In this document: piece after piece, positions 1 to 12,444 of the stretch
How positions within the stretch are numbered: position 1 is the stretch's first letter
How the letters are laid out: each line of letters opens with the position of its first letter
Origin: Mobula hypostoma
Lineage: Eukaryota
Length of the DNA: 64,000 nt
Direction: 5' to 3'
Assembly: GCF_963921235.1 (NCBI RefSeq)
Contig: NC_086108.1
Coordinates: forward strand, 41,666,001 to 41,730,000
The notes under the pieces: generated by a model
Databases searched by the model: none
What the model was told of the DNA's origin: nothing
What the model saw: the letters and a program-made list of their open reading frames with translations, nothing else
Translations under genes and position numbers: made by a program

Positions 1-268
1 CTAGGCAAAATGCTGATTTAGTGACAAATTTATTGACAAATCATTGCTGCTTGATAGCATTCTTGGCGGCACCCTATATCAATATACTGATGACAGAGGG
101 TGGACTGAAATGGTAGTAATTGACCTAATTGGGCTTTTTCTGCCTTTGATACATGTTTCTAGTCATAAAATGCATGTACTTCACTTGTTCTGGAGTAGAG
201 GCATACTCAGGAGTGCATGTCTTTGGCACTGCAACTGGGATATTGGGCAAACTGCTGGCCTTTATCAT

Positions 269-1438
269 GTAACAACAGGAATTCTGCAGATGCTGGAAAT
301 TCAAGCAACATACATCAAAGTTGCTGGTGAACGCAGCAGGCCAGGCAGCATCTGTAGGAAGAGGTACAGTCGACGTTTCAGGCCGAGACCCTTCGTCAGG
401 ACTAACTGAAGAAAGAGTGAGTAAGGGATTTGAAAGCTGGAGGGGGAGGGGGAGATGCAAAATGCTAGGAGAAGACAGGAGGGGGAGGGATGGAGCCAAG
501 AGCTGGACAGGTGATTGGCAAAAGGGGATACGAGAGGATCATGGGACAGGAGGTCTGGGAAGAAAGACAAGCCGGGGGGGGGGTGACCCAGAGGATGGGC
601 AAGAGGTATATTCAGAGGGACAGAGGGAGAAAAAGGAGAGTGAGAGAAAGAATGTGTGCATAAAAATAAATAACAGATGGGGTACAAGGGGGAGGTGGGG
701 CCTTAGCGGAAGTTAGAGAAGTCGATGTTCATGCCATCAGGTTGGAGGCTACCCAGACGGAATATAAGGTGTTGTTCCTCCAACCTGAGTGTGGCTTCAT
801 CTTTACAGTAGAGGAGGCCGTGGATAGACATGTCAGAATGGGAATAGGATGTGGAATTAAAATGTGTGGCCACTGGGAGATCCTGCTTTCTCTGGCGGAC
901 AGAGCGTAGATGTTCAGCAAAGCGGTCTCCCGTCTGCGTCGGGTCTCGCCAATATATAAAAGGCCACATCGGGAGCACCGGACGCAGTATATCACCCCAG
1001 TCGACTCACGGGTGAAGTGTTGCCTCACCTGGAAGGACTGTTTGGGGCCCTGAATGGTGGTAAGGGAGGAAGTGTAAGGGCATGTGCAGCACTTGTTCCG
1101 CTTACACGGATAAGTGCCAGGAGGGGGAGATCAGTGGGGAGGGATGGGGGGGGACGAATGGACAAGGGAGTTGCATAGGGAGCAATCCCTGCGGAATGCA
1201 GGGGGGGGGGAGGGAAAGATGTGCTTAGTGGTGGGATCCCGTTGGAGGTGGCGGAAGTTACGGAGAATAATATGTTGGACCCGGAGGCTGGTGGGGTGGT
1301 AGGTGAGGACCAGGGGAATCCTATTCTTAGTGGGGTGGCGGGAGGATGGAGTGAGAGCAGATGTACGTGAAGTGGGGGAGATGCGTTTAAGAGCAGAGTT
1401 GATAGTGGAGGAAGGGAAGCCCCTTTCTTTAAAAAAGG
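269..1438 (-). mobile_element. Penelope-like retroelement, 5'-truncated 3' portion (RT C-terminal linker, frameshifted GIY-YIG endonuclease, 3' pLTR with hammerhead motif)
   Basis: Minus-strand ORFs 729-1028 (GVIYCVRCSRCGLLYIGET) and 703-978 (RFAEHLRSVR...VATHFN...LEEQHLIFRLGSLQPDGMN) join into a Penelope-type GIY-YIG domain across a frameshift. 12-bp direct repeat GGCCTTTATCAT at 257-268 and 1439-1450 is a probable TSD. Confidence 0.9.
368..403 (-). ncRNA. Minimal type I hammerhead ribozyme motif, intact core
   Basis: Minus strand reads AGTC-CTGACGA-AGG gtctcgg CCT-GAAA-CG-TC-GACT: CUGANGA and GAAA cores, stem I AGTC/GACT, stem II AGG/CCT, palindromic ACGT in place of stem III, GUC cleavage triplet. 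Confidence 0.8.
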
Positions 1439-2929
1439 GGCCTTTATCATATGTAGTGTCCCCAATTGTTTTTTGAGGCAAAGTGAAAGAAAAGGGCTAA
1501 TGGTTCATCCTCAGGATGAGCCTAAGGTGAATTAGCCATTTGGCATTTCTGGCTGAAGATGATTCTGACTACTTTGCATTTGGCACTTGACAGCATGTGC
1601 AATGCTCCACTATCATTAACAATAAGAATATTCTTAAAGCTAATCTGTTGTTTTGATAATTATTAGATTATCTAAATTTCAGGGCATATAAACCTAGTTT
1701 AGATATTCCTCTTATTAATTTAACCTTTCAATTCCAGATATCTACCTATCCATATGTCTTGAGCAAAACTCAATATGTAGCTTTCTATCCAACCAACCAA
1801 ATCTTCTGTAAGTAGGATGAAAAACTAAGGGTCCAGCACAAACATTTATTTGAAGCAACTGGTCACACTGTGCCACATAGAACACCTGCTCATGGTTGTT
1901 TAATATCTGCTAATAATCCCTGATGAGGGACTTTAACAGATGACTTCTGGAAGCTCATGAAAGCAACTTCCATTGACATTACATGGTCCATGCCTTTATC
2001 AATTTTCAAAAAATTGCTATCAACTTTCTCCTGCACGATCAAACCTTCAGAAATCCACGCTGTATTAGTTTGCTTAGCTCTTTCACCATAGACTCAAATA
2101 ATCTCCTGCTAATTTTTATCATGCTCTCTTTTCTTAAAATGATTGGAACATTTCAGGAATGAATCAGGAATCGAGAGAAGTCAGGAAATTCTGAGATCTG
2201 AAAGTGCTCACTGAGTTTCTTTAGGTCATCTGGGGAAGAAATAACTCACTCTTGTGCATTTTATAATGCCATTATTTTCATTGATATTCCACTTGCATTA
2301 AATTTAGTGAGTTCTGACCCTTCTTCAGTATTAGCATCATTTGAGTATTCAGAATGCTGTCTTCTGGCTCAAACTGATGCAAGGAAATTATTTTACATGT
2401 TTGTCATTCCATTATTTACACTTATAATGCCTTCATTATTGATTTTCACGATGTCAGTTTGCTCCTTCTCTCAACTTCTCCCCATTTTGCCTCACAAGTG
2501 GATTTTTTTTTGTAGCCCAGCCAATAATGTCCATCAACCATCCTTTCACTCCACTAGTAGCTGTATCTTTATAGCTTCACACTCCAAGATCTACCAATAC
2601 CACCTCTTCTCTTAAGGCCATCACTTTAGCTGGGATGTTGGTGACTTCCTCCTGATATAGACAGATAAAGATTGGAAAGGGCTTATATAGTGAACTCCAT
2701 GAGAGCCAATTAGCTGAGTGACCAATTTACATGCTGAAAAAATTCCTTAAATTTTTAGGTCTGGTTGGTTTAGCTTGGGGTCCAATTAACTCATGAGACA
2801 AATGTGATCTACCTCTAACATGATCACCTATGTGAATAATGCTGTAAAAGTACAAATCACTGTTGTTATGTATTAGGAATAGCGTTATTCTAGCTCATAG
2901 TGAAGAACTGGATAAAGAGCATGGCCATT

Positions 2930-3450
2930 CACGTTACCTATGACCCTTATGATTTTAAGGTCACCACACAGCCTCCACTCCAGGGAAAGAAGTTGCAGCC
3001 TATTCAGTCTCTATAACCCAAGCCCTCCAGTCCTGGAAATATCATTGTTAATCTATCCTTTACCCTTAATGGCATCCTTCCTATACCCAGGTGACTAGAA
3101 CTGCAAACAGTATTCCAAGAGCAGTTTCACTAACGTCTTGTTCAGCTGTAACGTACTGTCAACTTTGTACTCAATGTCCTGACCTATGAAGGCGAGTATG
3201 TGAAATGCCTTCCTCAACACCTCAACTCCACTTACTGGGAATTATGTACCTGTAGCTCTATCTTCTACAACACCTTCCAGGCCTTATTATTTCCTGTATA
3301 AATCCTGCCCTGGTTTAACTTACCTAAGTGCAACTTCTTACTTCTGCTCAGTTTAAATTCTTTTTCCGTCTGGATCACTTCCCAGGTTGGCTTCGATCCC
3401 TTTGTAAATTTAGACAATCCTCTTTACTATCATCTGTACCATGAATTATA
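2930..3450 (-). mobile_element. Degenerate CR1-type LINE fragment
   Basis: Reverse-strand CR1 ORF2 C-terminal wording (ccagtcctggaaatatcattgttaatct; ctagaactgcaaacagtattccaag). Boundaries approximate. Confidence 0.55.
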
Positions 3451-3665
3451 CTTGATTTTTTCCCCATGTCTGGAGAACTTTGTCCACATTTGCCCCAAAC
3501 ATTGATTCTGATTTTGAATGTAGCTAAATAGGGTTCCCCTCAGCAAGTACACAGTAACCTACCCTAGGGGTTATAGGCCCTTCATGGGCCAAATTATGGA
3601 ACCCCTACTTACGAACAAGCTCCCAAAATATAATTAATTTCCAAAGCTCAATGTACGTACAAGTG

Positions 3666-3856
3666 CAAACACGAGGAAATCTGCAGGTGCTGGAAATTCA
3701 AGCAACACACACAAAATGCTCGTGGAACGCAGCAGGCCAGATAGCATCCATAGGAAGAAGCACTGATGAAGAATCTCGGCCCGAAACGTCGACTGTGCTT
3801 CTTCCTATGGATGCTGTCTGACCTGCTGCGTTCCACCAGCATTTTGTGTGTGTTGC
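3666..3856. mobile_element. Short fold-back Penelope pLTR derivative: 62-bp inverted repeat enclosing a hammerhead core
   Basis: Arms 3702-3763 and 3795-3856 are reverse complements at 59/62 positions. The loop region reads CTGATGA agaatctcggccc GAAACGTC. Confidence 0.85.
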
Positions 3857-3907
3857 CCGTATATACAAATTTTTGTTTGTTCCTATTTGCGGCAGAACTA
3901 GATATCT

Positions 3908-4028
3908 ATCTCTCTCCCTCCCGTCCCCTCCCCCTCTCCCTCTCCCCTTTTCCCCTCTTCCCCCCTCCCCTACTTTCCCGCTCTCTTCCTCTCACCCTCC
4001 CTCTTCCTTCCTCCCTCTCTCCTTCTCC
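3908..4028. repeat. Polypyrimidine (C/T) low-complexity tract
   Basis: About 120 nt almost entirely C and T. Confidence 0.85.
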
Positions 4029-5152
4029 TATATATTATTCCTCTTTCTTATCTTTCAAGTGCTTTTGATGCCATTCATTGGAGGTATAGCAACTATATTG
4101 AGAACCTCTTTCTGTATTTTTGGACAAATTGGACTTGTGGACCCTGTAAAAACTGAGTCCATTCATTACGTGGTGTTGTCAAGCTTCTGGAATGGGGCTT
4201 AAGTCTTTGACTCAGGCAAGAGAACATCATTGCAAGAGCTAAGCTAATGTAACTGTGCAGTGATATTACAGTGATTTCAACTCTTGGGAACATTCAGAGT
4301 GCATACAGGTTATTCAATTCCTTTGAAGAACATTGAATCCCAAGAGCAATTTGTAGCAATTTGCACACCGAGGAACTGCGCCACTTGGTAAAAGCATTGA
4401 ACTTCAGCTACCTTAACTGTCCTCTCCATAAGTAAATTGATTAGTGTGTTGTCCCTTCAGAGTTTGACACTTGATACATGTGAACTTGCAATTTATTTTA
4501 CATGACTTCGGAGTAATAGTCTGCATTAAATGTTCACCCCATAGTAACTTTACATTTAAATTAAAAACTGTCCTTGATCTAAAATTCTTCCTGAAGCAGA
4601 AGATATATGATGTTATTGTAAATTATCTAAGATAAAATGTGTATTCTTCTTGTGGCACTAAGGGGGTTTTAGCTTGGCAGATCTATTTTGAGTGTCGGAA
4701 AGAGATGGAGTTGAGATGAATGGATGCATTAGTGTAAAGGAGATGGGCAGCAGATTGTACGCTGACAGTGCAGGAGAAAAGAGACCAGATAGAAAGATTC
4801 TGTGCCTCCAGGTAGGAAAAGTGGGATTAGGAGGCAGTGGACACAAGGAGCTGTGCTTGTCGGGGAGGGAATGAGCATAACCTGGAGCCCCATTGCATGA
4901 AGGAGTACTTGGAGGATCAATTCCAAATATGGGAAAGCAGGACCTCCAGATCAGTGCATGTCCCTTATTTTGTGGGTGAAGCAGGAAATACAGAAAATAT
5001 AGAAAATTATGAAAACAAATTGATAGTTTTTGTGAGAGATACTAAATGCATACTGCATAAAACATAAGCTGTAGATAGTGCTGCGTGCATCCAGTGAGAT
5101 GAAGTTCATATAGACAATTAGAAAACTTCTCAATAATTCTGCCCCTGAACAA

Positions 5153-6352
5153 AGCTCAATGTAAATTTATTATCAAAGTACATATTTGTCATCATATACA
5201 GCCCTGAGGTTCATTTTCTTCCTGGCATTCACAGTAAAAACAAAGAAGCACAATAGAATCAATGGAAGACTGCACCCAACAGAATGAACAAAGAACTAAT
5301 GTGTAAACGACAACAAACTGTACACAAAAATCAGAGGATCAAAACATAATCATAATTATAAGTAAATAAACAAGCAATAAATAGCGAGAAGTGGAGTTGT
5401 GGAGTCTTTGAAAGTGAGTCCATAGGTTATGGAATCAGGTCAGTATTGGGGTGAGTGAAGTTGTCGAGAGGTGGGAGGACATCGCAAGCGATCACTCTCG
5501 CTGGAGGCTGGAACTATGCAAAGTTCTTAAAAGAGGAGAAGAGAAGCTGAGGCTTGCTGCTGAAGAAAAGCACACTCGTCGGAAAAACAGCACCAAGACA
5601 ACACTGGAAGACAGCACCTTCAAGTGCAGTCACTGCAGTCGAGATTGTCACTCCCGTGTGGGCCTCTACAGCCACAACAGACGCTGCTCTACCACACAGA
5701 CTGAAGCAAGACTTTCCAGGCGCAGATCCATGGTCGCACGAGACTAACGGATGCTACCACCGAAGTTGTCCCCTCTAGTTCAGCAGACTGATGACAGTAG
5801 TGAGAAGCACATGCCTTGGATGGTGGGGGTCATCGATACTGCTTTCCTGCGATGTTACTCCTTGTAGATGTGCTCAATGATGGGGAGGGTTTTACCCGTG
5901 ATGGACTGGGCTATATCCACTATTTTTTGTTGGCTTTTCCGTTCAAGGGCATTGGTGTTTCCATACCAGGCCATGACAAAACAAGTCAGTATACTTTCCA
6001 CTGTGCATCAATGGAAGTTTGTCAAAGTTTAAATAACGTGCTGAATCTTCACAAACTTCTAAGAAAGTAGACACACTGCCCTGCATTTTTTGTAATGGCA
6101 TTTATGTGCTGGGCCGAGGACTGAAATGATAACACAGAGAAATTTAAAGTCGCTGACTCTCTCCACCTCTGATCCCCTGATGAGGCTGGCTGATGGACCT
6201 CTAGTTTCCTCCTCTTGTAATCAATAACCAGCTCTCTTTTTTTGCTGACATCGAGTGAGCCATTGTTGTTGTGGCACCATTCAGGTAAATTTTCAATCTT
6301 TTTCCTATTTGCTGATTCATCACCACGCTTGATTCGGCCACTGAATAGTGAC
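5153..6352 (-). mobile_element. Rex1/Babar-type LINE 3' fragment, interrupted by an RTE insertion
   Basis: ORF 6049-6360 (IENLPEWCHNNNGSLDVSKKRELVIDYKRR) matches the WCxxNNLxLNVSKTKELIVDFR motif. The 3' UTR-type end lies near 5153-5200. Confidence 0.7.
5466..5761 (+). mobile_element. RTE-clade LINE 3' end with C-terminal zinc finger
   Basis: ORF 5451-5747 contains WEDIASDHSRWR...CSHCSRDCHSRVGLYSHNRRC. Perfect 9-bp TSD GAAGTTGTC at 5457-5465 and 5762-5770. Confidence 0.85.
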
Positions 6353-9300
6353 GGGTGCATGCTCTGACCAACTGCACTGAAGAAAAAGTGGCTCCTTTCT
6401 CTTTGTTTAAATGACTATTTCATGAAACACCAAACAATTTGAAGTCATATTTTCTGTACCAAATGGTTTAATTATTCATTCTTCACCTTTATTGATCCAT
6501 TGCTGGGATTTTATCTTTTATTATTTATAGTGGACATGCCTTCATTTCATGCTTCTGTAATATCTCAGAGAAGTCTTTAGTATCATCAGTGAAGGTGGGG
6601 CCAAGTATTTTGAAATAACTGGTGTCAATAACTTTAACAGCACAAATTGAAAAGTGTTTCTAGACATCTATTCAAAATTACCATGAAATGAATTCTACCC
6701 CAACATTCAAGTTGTCAAAACAATTTGTCAAAGCAGGGAAAATGATTAGTGATATTTCACAAAACATGTCATGAAATATCCTTTGAATTCTAAAGAAACA
6801 TTTGTTAATACTGATTAGCCCACCTGGTCCCATAAGTGTTTTATGACAGTGAATACTGAATATCTGAAGCCTTGTGCAGAGATTCTACAGAAGATTCTAC
6901 AGATTCTACAGGTGCTTGTTAGAGACCATCCAAGTAGCTACTTCTGTCTTTCTCTACACTGCTGCTCATGTACGATTGAGTAGTCATAACAGTAAGGATA
7001 CTGAACTTAAAAATATACATGTACAACTTACACCATTACGGAAGCATTAATGTCCTCACTCCCTCTTGCCACTTTTTAAAAGTCACTTTCTCAGACTTTG
7101 GAAGAAAATGTTGAATGATCCCCAAATCTATCACATCTTATCCATCTTAATAACAAAGGCCTGTCAAGATACCAGCTCAAATTGAAGAAATCACCATAGG
7201 ATAAACTCCCAACAATATATCATATTTAATTGTGAGGAACTGTGGAGGTCAGCACAGAACACACCAATATCCCAGGGAAAGACTTCATCACCACTCCTGG
7301 ACTGAAGTTTTAACACACGTTGTGGACAACCCTTCAGCACAATATAGAGAAAATGAAGATTTGATCATCTTTTTTGCCAAAAAAACTCAAATCAAGAATG
7401 AAAAACTGATGGCACCTTTCTAGGGCACGTAACTGATATTCACTTGGCTGGACTCAATGCCATTGCCTGTCTCCAGAGACCATGTATTGACTATATAATT
7501 TGTCAGCACTTCAATGTGATTAGAAGACCAAATACCCAATGAATCAAAAGAGCACAACTGATTGATTTAGCAAGTCATGTTTGTTCTTCACATGAGATCA
7601 ATGAATACCTTCCTTTCTATAAAGGGTGTGGTAGGTGTCAGGCTCCTCAAAATGCAGTGTATCAAAGAAGTGTGATGTACCAGCGTTGTGGGGACACAGG
7701 GTCCAAAGATCTTTTCAGGACAAGGATAATTTCTTCCCTCATTTTCTATCTGATACTGATTTTCAAGCTGCTACTGGGTCCCTGTTGATAATCATTTATC
7801 CTGATAGTGTCCAGGTGGAGTGCACATAAGTTGGGCACACTCTCAGACAAAATCGCAGGATAGTGATTCCAACCATGATAACTGTGGCCACCTCTTTTTG
7901 TCGTGTTCCGAGTTCATGTATTGAAGAATGCACAATGACAAAGTGCTGTGAGTGGAATCTCTATCACTACTTCCTCATCCCTCTAGTAAATTTATTCCTT
8001 AATAACAGTAGGAAATATACTCTTGAATACTTGGATAAAGAGTCACTTACTGTATTTGAAGGGTATAATAAAGAGCAAATACAAACTTTTCCGTAGATAA
8101 GAGGTGATGGAAACTTTGTTCTAGCTTGTACCATGCCTGATTTTTGATACACATAAAAAAATTAATTTGATTTTTCCATAAAGAGTTTTCCTTTTTGGAA
8201 GAAACAGCCAAAATGTGTATAAAATTCCCATGAACATCGATAAATGTTCACTGCTGTTATTATTCATCCATAATAACTATGGTAACGTTCCCTTGGAATA
8301 AACAAATGTATATGACAGCACGTTTCTTTAGTCAGCAGGTATTGCCACTTAGACCGTCGTCAAAGTTTGGGAAAGAAAAGGAAAATCTGCAATATGGATT
8401 AACTGTCCTTCACACACAAAATATACATCCCAAGACACTTCAATGAATTATTAATTAAAATTTGTCAAAAAATTATTGATGGAAGCTTGGCTTTAATGAC
8501 CTCATTAGGTGAGCAGTTTCCAACCACAGGCCTGTGAGCTTCTCTAGGTTTTAAAACAAGACCAGATACTTGACCCCAGAATGATTTTCTGTCATTTTAG
8601 GCCCCTTCTTACCAATAGTCAGTGAATATTCGATTTAATTCAACCCTTTCTTGCTTATCATTTCAGAGCAGAATATCTGGTAAACTATATACATTAATGG
8701 AATCCGAATGTTAATAAAATCATATCCAACTCTGCATCTTATGCACTGCTCCCTATATAACCAGGGCCGGACTTCGGGCAGGGCTAGGCTAGGCTGCAGC
8801 CCAGGGGCCAGAGCAGCAGAGGGGCCCAAGATAGGTAGCTACCATCATGGTGGACAAAAAAAAATATGAGAGTGGAGCACAGAAAGGAAAAAAGAAACAA
8901 GAAAAAGAGGACCGTGAGAAAGAAGCATTAAAAAGCCATTGAAATTGACAGAATTTTTTAAACTTGTTCTTGATGATGCAGCAGTACCATCGCTCTTGTC
9001 ACAGTCTGAGACCAGTGGACAAATGGAGACTTGTTCAACAGCTAGCGCTAGCACCGGGGTTAGCACAGGACCACCGTCCTTGCCACAGTCAGCAACTAAC
9101 GTTGAAGAGGCAGAGAGCATGACTTTAGGATTCCTGACCACAGAGGCTTCCGAACAACCAAGTCGGGCTGCCATTAATGTTAACGTAACCGCTACTGAGG
9201 ATCCTTACAGCACTGATCCTGCTCGCTGGGGAAAGGAAACGTTACATAATTCAGTCCGAGCATACTGGGCTAAGAAAGGGCCGGAGTCCTGCCAGAATAG

Positions 9301-9648
9301 GAATGTGGATATCAAAGCTTCAGAACGAGTATACAAACAGCAAAGACGTTTTTTCTCCAAATTTCACTTCAAACACAATGGTGAGTACAGATCAAGGCAA
9401 TGACTCTTATATTCCCCATCCACTGGCTGTGTGTTTTGTTTTGCATGTCATATCTTCAGTGATGGTAACTGTCGGTCCATCTTTGAAACTGGCTTTAGCG
9501 ACTGGAAACGTGCCGCTGAGCGCATAGGAGAGCATGAAAATAGTGAATACGACAGGAAAACGATACTGACCTACGTTACACTAGCGTCTGACAGCGGAAG
9601 AATAGATACAGAACTGCAAAAACAGTTCAAGTCAGAGTGTGTCTACTG

Positions 9649-10402
9649 CAGGGGTCCCCAACCGTTTTTGCACCACGGACTGGTTTATTATTGACAATAT
9701 TCTTGCCGACCGGCTGACTGGGGGGAGGTGTTCAAGTAGGGTTAAACTCACCTCAACATGTCCTTTACAGTGAGGGTTGCCAACTTTCTCACTCCCAAAT
9801 AAGGGACAAAAGTAGCAGTCAAATACGGGACTCCTGAGTTTGCCCTGAGAAAGACTACCATGATCATGAAGCCTTGCGCAGGCACCTGTGTGATGTGCGC
9901 ATGTGCGTACGTGCCAGTTTTATTTCCACAAATCGGTTTTGGCTTAATCTTCCCGACTACATTGTACATACATTATTCCTAATTTATATAAACTGTGTAT
10001 TTATCATATCATTCCTGCTTTTACTATATGTTAGTGTTATTTTAGGTTTTATGTGTTATTTGGTATGATTTGGTAGGTTATTTTTTGGGTCTAGAAACGC
10101 TCAAAAATTTTTCCCATATAAATTAATGGTAATTGCTTCTTCGCTTTACGCCATTTCAGCACGAAAGGTTGCATAGGAACGCTCTACCTTAGCGGGGGAA
10201 ATATGGGACAAGGGCGGTCACGTATGGGACAAACCAATTTAGCCCGATATACGGGATGTCTCGGCAAATACGGGACAGTTGGCAACCCTATGTTCAAGTT
10301 CAACAGCGTGTGACAGGGAATGAAGAAAGGTGCAGCTGACTCATATCATTTCCTCGCGGCCCGGTAGCACATGCTTTGCGGCCCGGTGGCTGGGGACCGC
10401 TG
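9649..10402. mobile_element. Non-autonomous hAT (Charlie-like ends) nested in the transposase remnant
   Basis: Termini CAGGGGTCCCCA / TGGGGACCGCTG. Perfect 8-bp TSD GTCTACTG at 9641-9648 and 10403-10410. Confidence 0.88.
9737..10290. mobile_element. Third-level non-autonomous hAT (TAGGGTT termini, Blackjack-like)
   Basis: Starts TAGGGTT, ends GTTGGCAACCCTA, with an internal AGGGTTGCCAAC near 9773. Perfect 8-bp TSD TGTTCAAG at 9729-9736 and 10291-10298. Confidence 0.8.
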
Positions 10403-11503
10403 GTCTACTGGACTGACGTATTGAGAAGAGTGGTGACGGTTGTGAAGTTTTTGGTCGAGAGGTGACTGGCTATCCGAGGCTCCAGTGATAAACCTAGTAA
10501 GTAATAAGTGGTCTTTACTCTGCAAGCCACACAGCACAGCAGTAGGTTAGTATGTGCTAGATCTCATTTTTCAAAAAGATTATTGGAGTATTTTCAAGTT
10601 TCTTAGTTTGCAATAGTGCCATCTCTCTTGGCCATTTTGTCTCTCATTTCCATTTTACTTTTTCAGAACACACGGTTGGGAAAAATACCGGATAAAAATG
10701 CTTTGGCATTGTTTGAGAGATAAGGCCTATGGTATTTGCAGCAACAGCTAAATAAAGATTTAAGATAGGGTACATCATACTTCATCTCCCTCATAACTTT
10801 ACTAAGCCAACTAAGCCTAGGTCAGTTCTTGAGTGCTTTAGATGCTGTCCTTCAAACTAAGAATCTGCATTACTTTCTGTCCTCCCTCTTAAGGCCTGTA
10901 AGTTTATAGCCTACATATTGTACTAAACCGATGTCTTGGTCCACAGCTTTGATATTTAGACCAATACAACCTTTGCTCTTGTTCTTGCCTTTTTTTCCTT
11001 GGTACAGCATTTTACAGTGTCGGCAGGGGCCCATCAGTGCCTGCAACCCAGGGACCCCATCCCCACTAAATCCAGCCCTGTATATAACTCACAGTTTGCT
11101 GGGATGGTGGACGCTATAAGTATCATTTGAGACTCATGCAGTCTGACTAGTTACAAATGGTTAATCATGCTGTCTGAACAACTGAAATTACGTACTATGG
11201 GCTGTCCAAACATGTTGGACTGAATGTCAGACACCTGGGATGATACAAGAAGCTTATCTCACTTGCTCTCTACATATTTGAGCTCAGTGACAAGATCCAA
11301 AAGGTGATTAAGCTATGCGTGGTATACTAGTGGGCTCTTCCTTCACCCCACCCATCCAACTCAAAATTGTGCCCCATAACATTTGGCAGAAGGCAATTAT
11401 GGCGTTCAGAGACATTTAAAAAAACTATTATTGATGCAAATAATTATAAAAAGTGAAAAATCAGCGAACATTTTAATTAAAATTTAGTTAGGCTAGGCAT
11501 AGC

Positions 11504-12444
11504 TCAAATGCCATCTATAAATTTGCTGATGATACAACCATTATTGCATCTGCCAACCATTGTTAGCAGAGTCTCAGATGGAAATGGGAGAGCATACAGA
11601 AGCCAGTGATACCAGCTAGTTGAGTGGTGTCGCAGCAACAACCTTGTACTCAATGTCCATACGACCAAAGAGTTGATTGTGGACTTCAGGAAGGGTAAGA
11701 TGAGGGAACACAAACGATTCCTCATAGAGGGATCGGAAGTAGAAAGTATGAGCGATTTCAGGTTCCTGGGTGTCATTATCTCTGAGGATCGAACCTGATT
11801 GCAGCATATTGATGCAGCTATAAAGAAGGCAAGACAACAGCCTTATTTCATTAGAAATTTGAGGAAATTTGCTTTGTCACCTAAACCCCTCAAACTTCTA
11901 TGGATATGCGGTGGAGAGTATTCTGACAGGCTGCATCACCGTCTGGTATGGGGGGGGGGGCGGGGGGGGGTGCTAATGCACAGGACCAAAAGAAACTACA
12001 CAAAGTTGTAAAATTTATCAGCTCCATCATGGGTACTAGCCTCCATAGTGTCCAAGACATCTTCAAGGAGCAGTGCCTCAGAAAGGCAGCGTCCTTTATT
12101 AAGGAACCCCATCACCCAGAACATGCCCTCTTCTCATTGTTACTGTCAAGAAACAGGTACAGGAACTAAAAGGCACACAACAGAGTGATTCAGAAAAAAC
12201 TTCTTTCCCTCTGCCATCCAATTTCTAAATGGAAATTGAATATATGAACACTACCTCACTTTTTATTATTTCTGTTTTTGCACTACTATTTTTAATTTAA
12301 CTATTTAATATACATATATATACTTACTATAATTCATCTGTTTATTGTTTTTCTATATGTATCATGTATTACATTGTACTGCTGCCGCTAAGGTAACGGA
12401 TTTCATGACACATGCCGGTGATATTAAACCTGACTCTAATTCTG
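11504..12444 (+). mobile_element. Rex1/Babar-type LINE 3' fragment
   Basis: Plus-strand KFADDTTII (aaatttgctgatgatacaacc), WCRSNNLVLNV..TKELIVDFRK and RKAASFIKEPHHP. Ends ATTAAACCTGACTCTAATTCTG. Confidence 0.8.

Larger units (their letters stand above)
8762..11080 (+). mobile_element. hAT DNA transposon, deleted/decayed, with transposase N-terminal remnant (TTF-type zinc finger, ZMYM1-like)
   Basis: TIRs CAGGGCCGGACT / AATCCAGCCCTG. Perfect 8-bp TSD TATATAAC at 8754-8761 and 11081-11088. ORFs 8939-9403 (TDPARW...GPESCQN...RRFFSKFHF) and 9431-9694 (FCFACHIF...GFSDWKRAAERIGEHENS). Confidence 0.9.

Noticed and set aside
125..716. Pro/Ser/Leu- or Gly/Arg-rich ORFs over Penelope 3' UTRs (also 13302-13915, 43450-43866)
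   Set aside because: These are by-products of purine/pyrimidine strand bias in a non-coding repeat.
1918..1932. CTGATGA hammerhead-like words at ~1920 and ~6177
   Set aside because: No correctly spaced stem II plus GAAA follows, so these are chance matches within LINE remnants.
8939..9694. ZMYM1-like host gene
   Set aside because: It lies between hAT TIRs with a TSD and is broken by a frameshift, stops and nested insertions, so it is a transposase relic.
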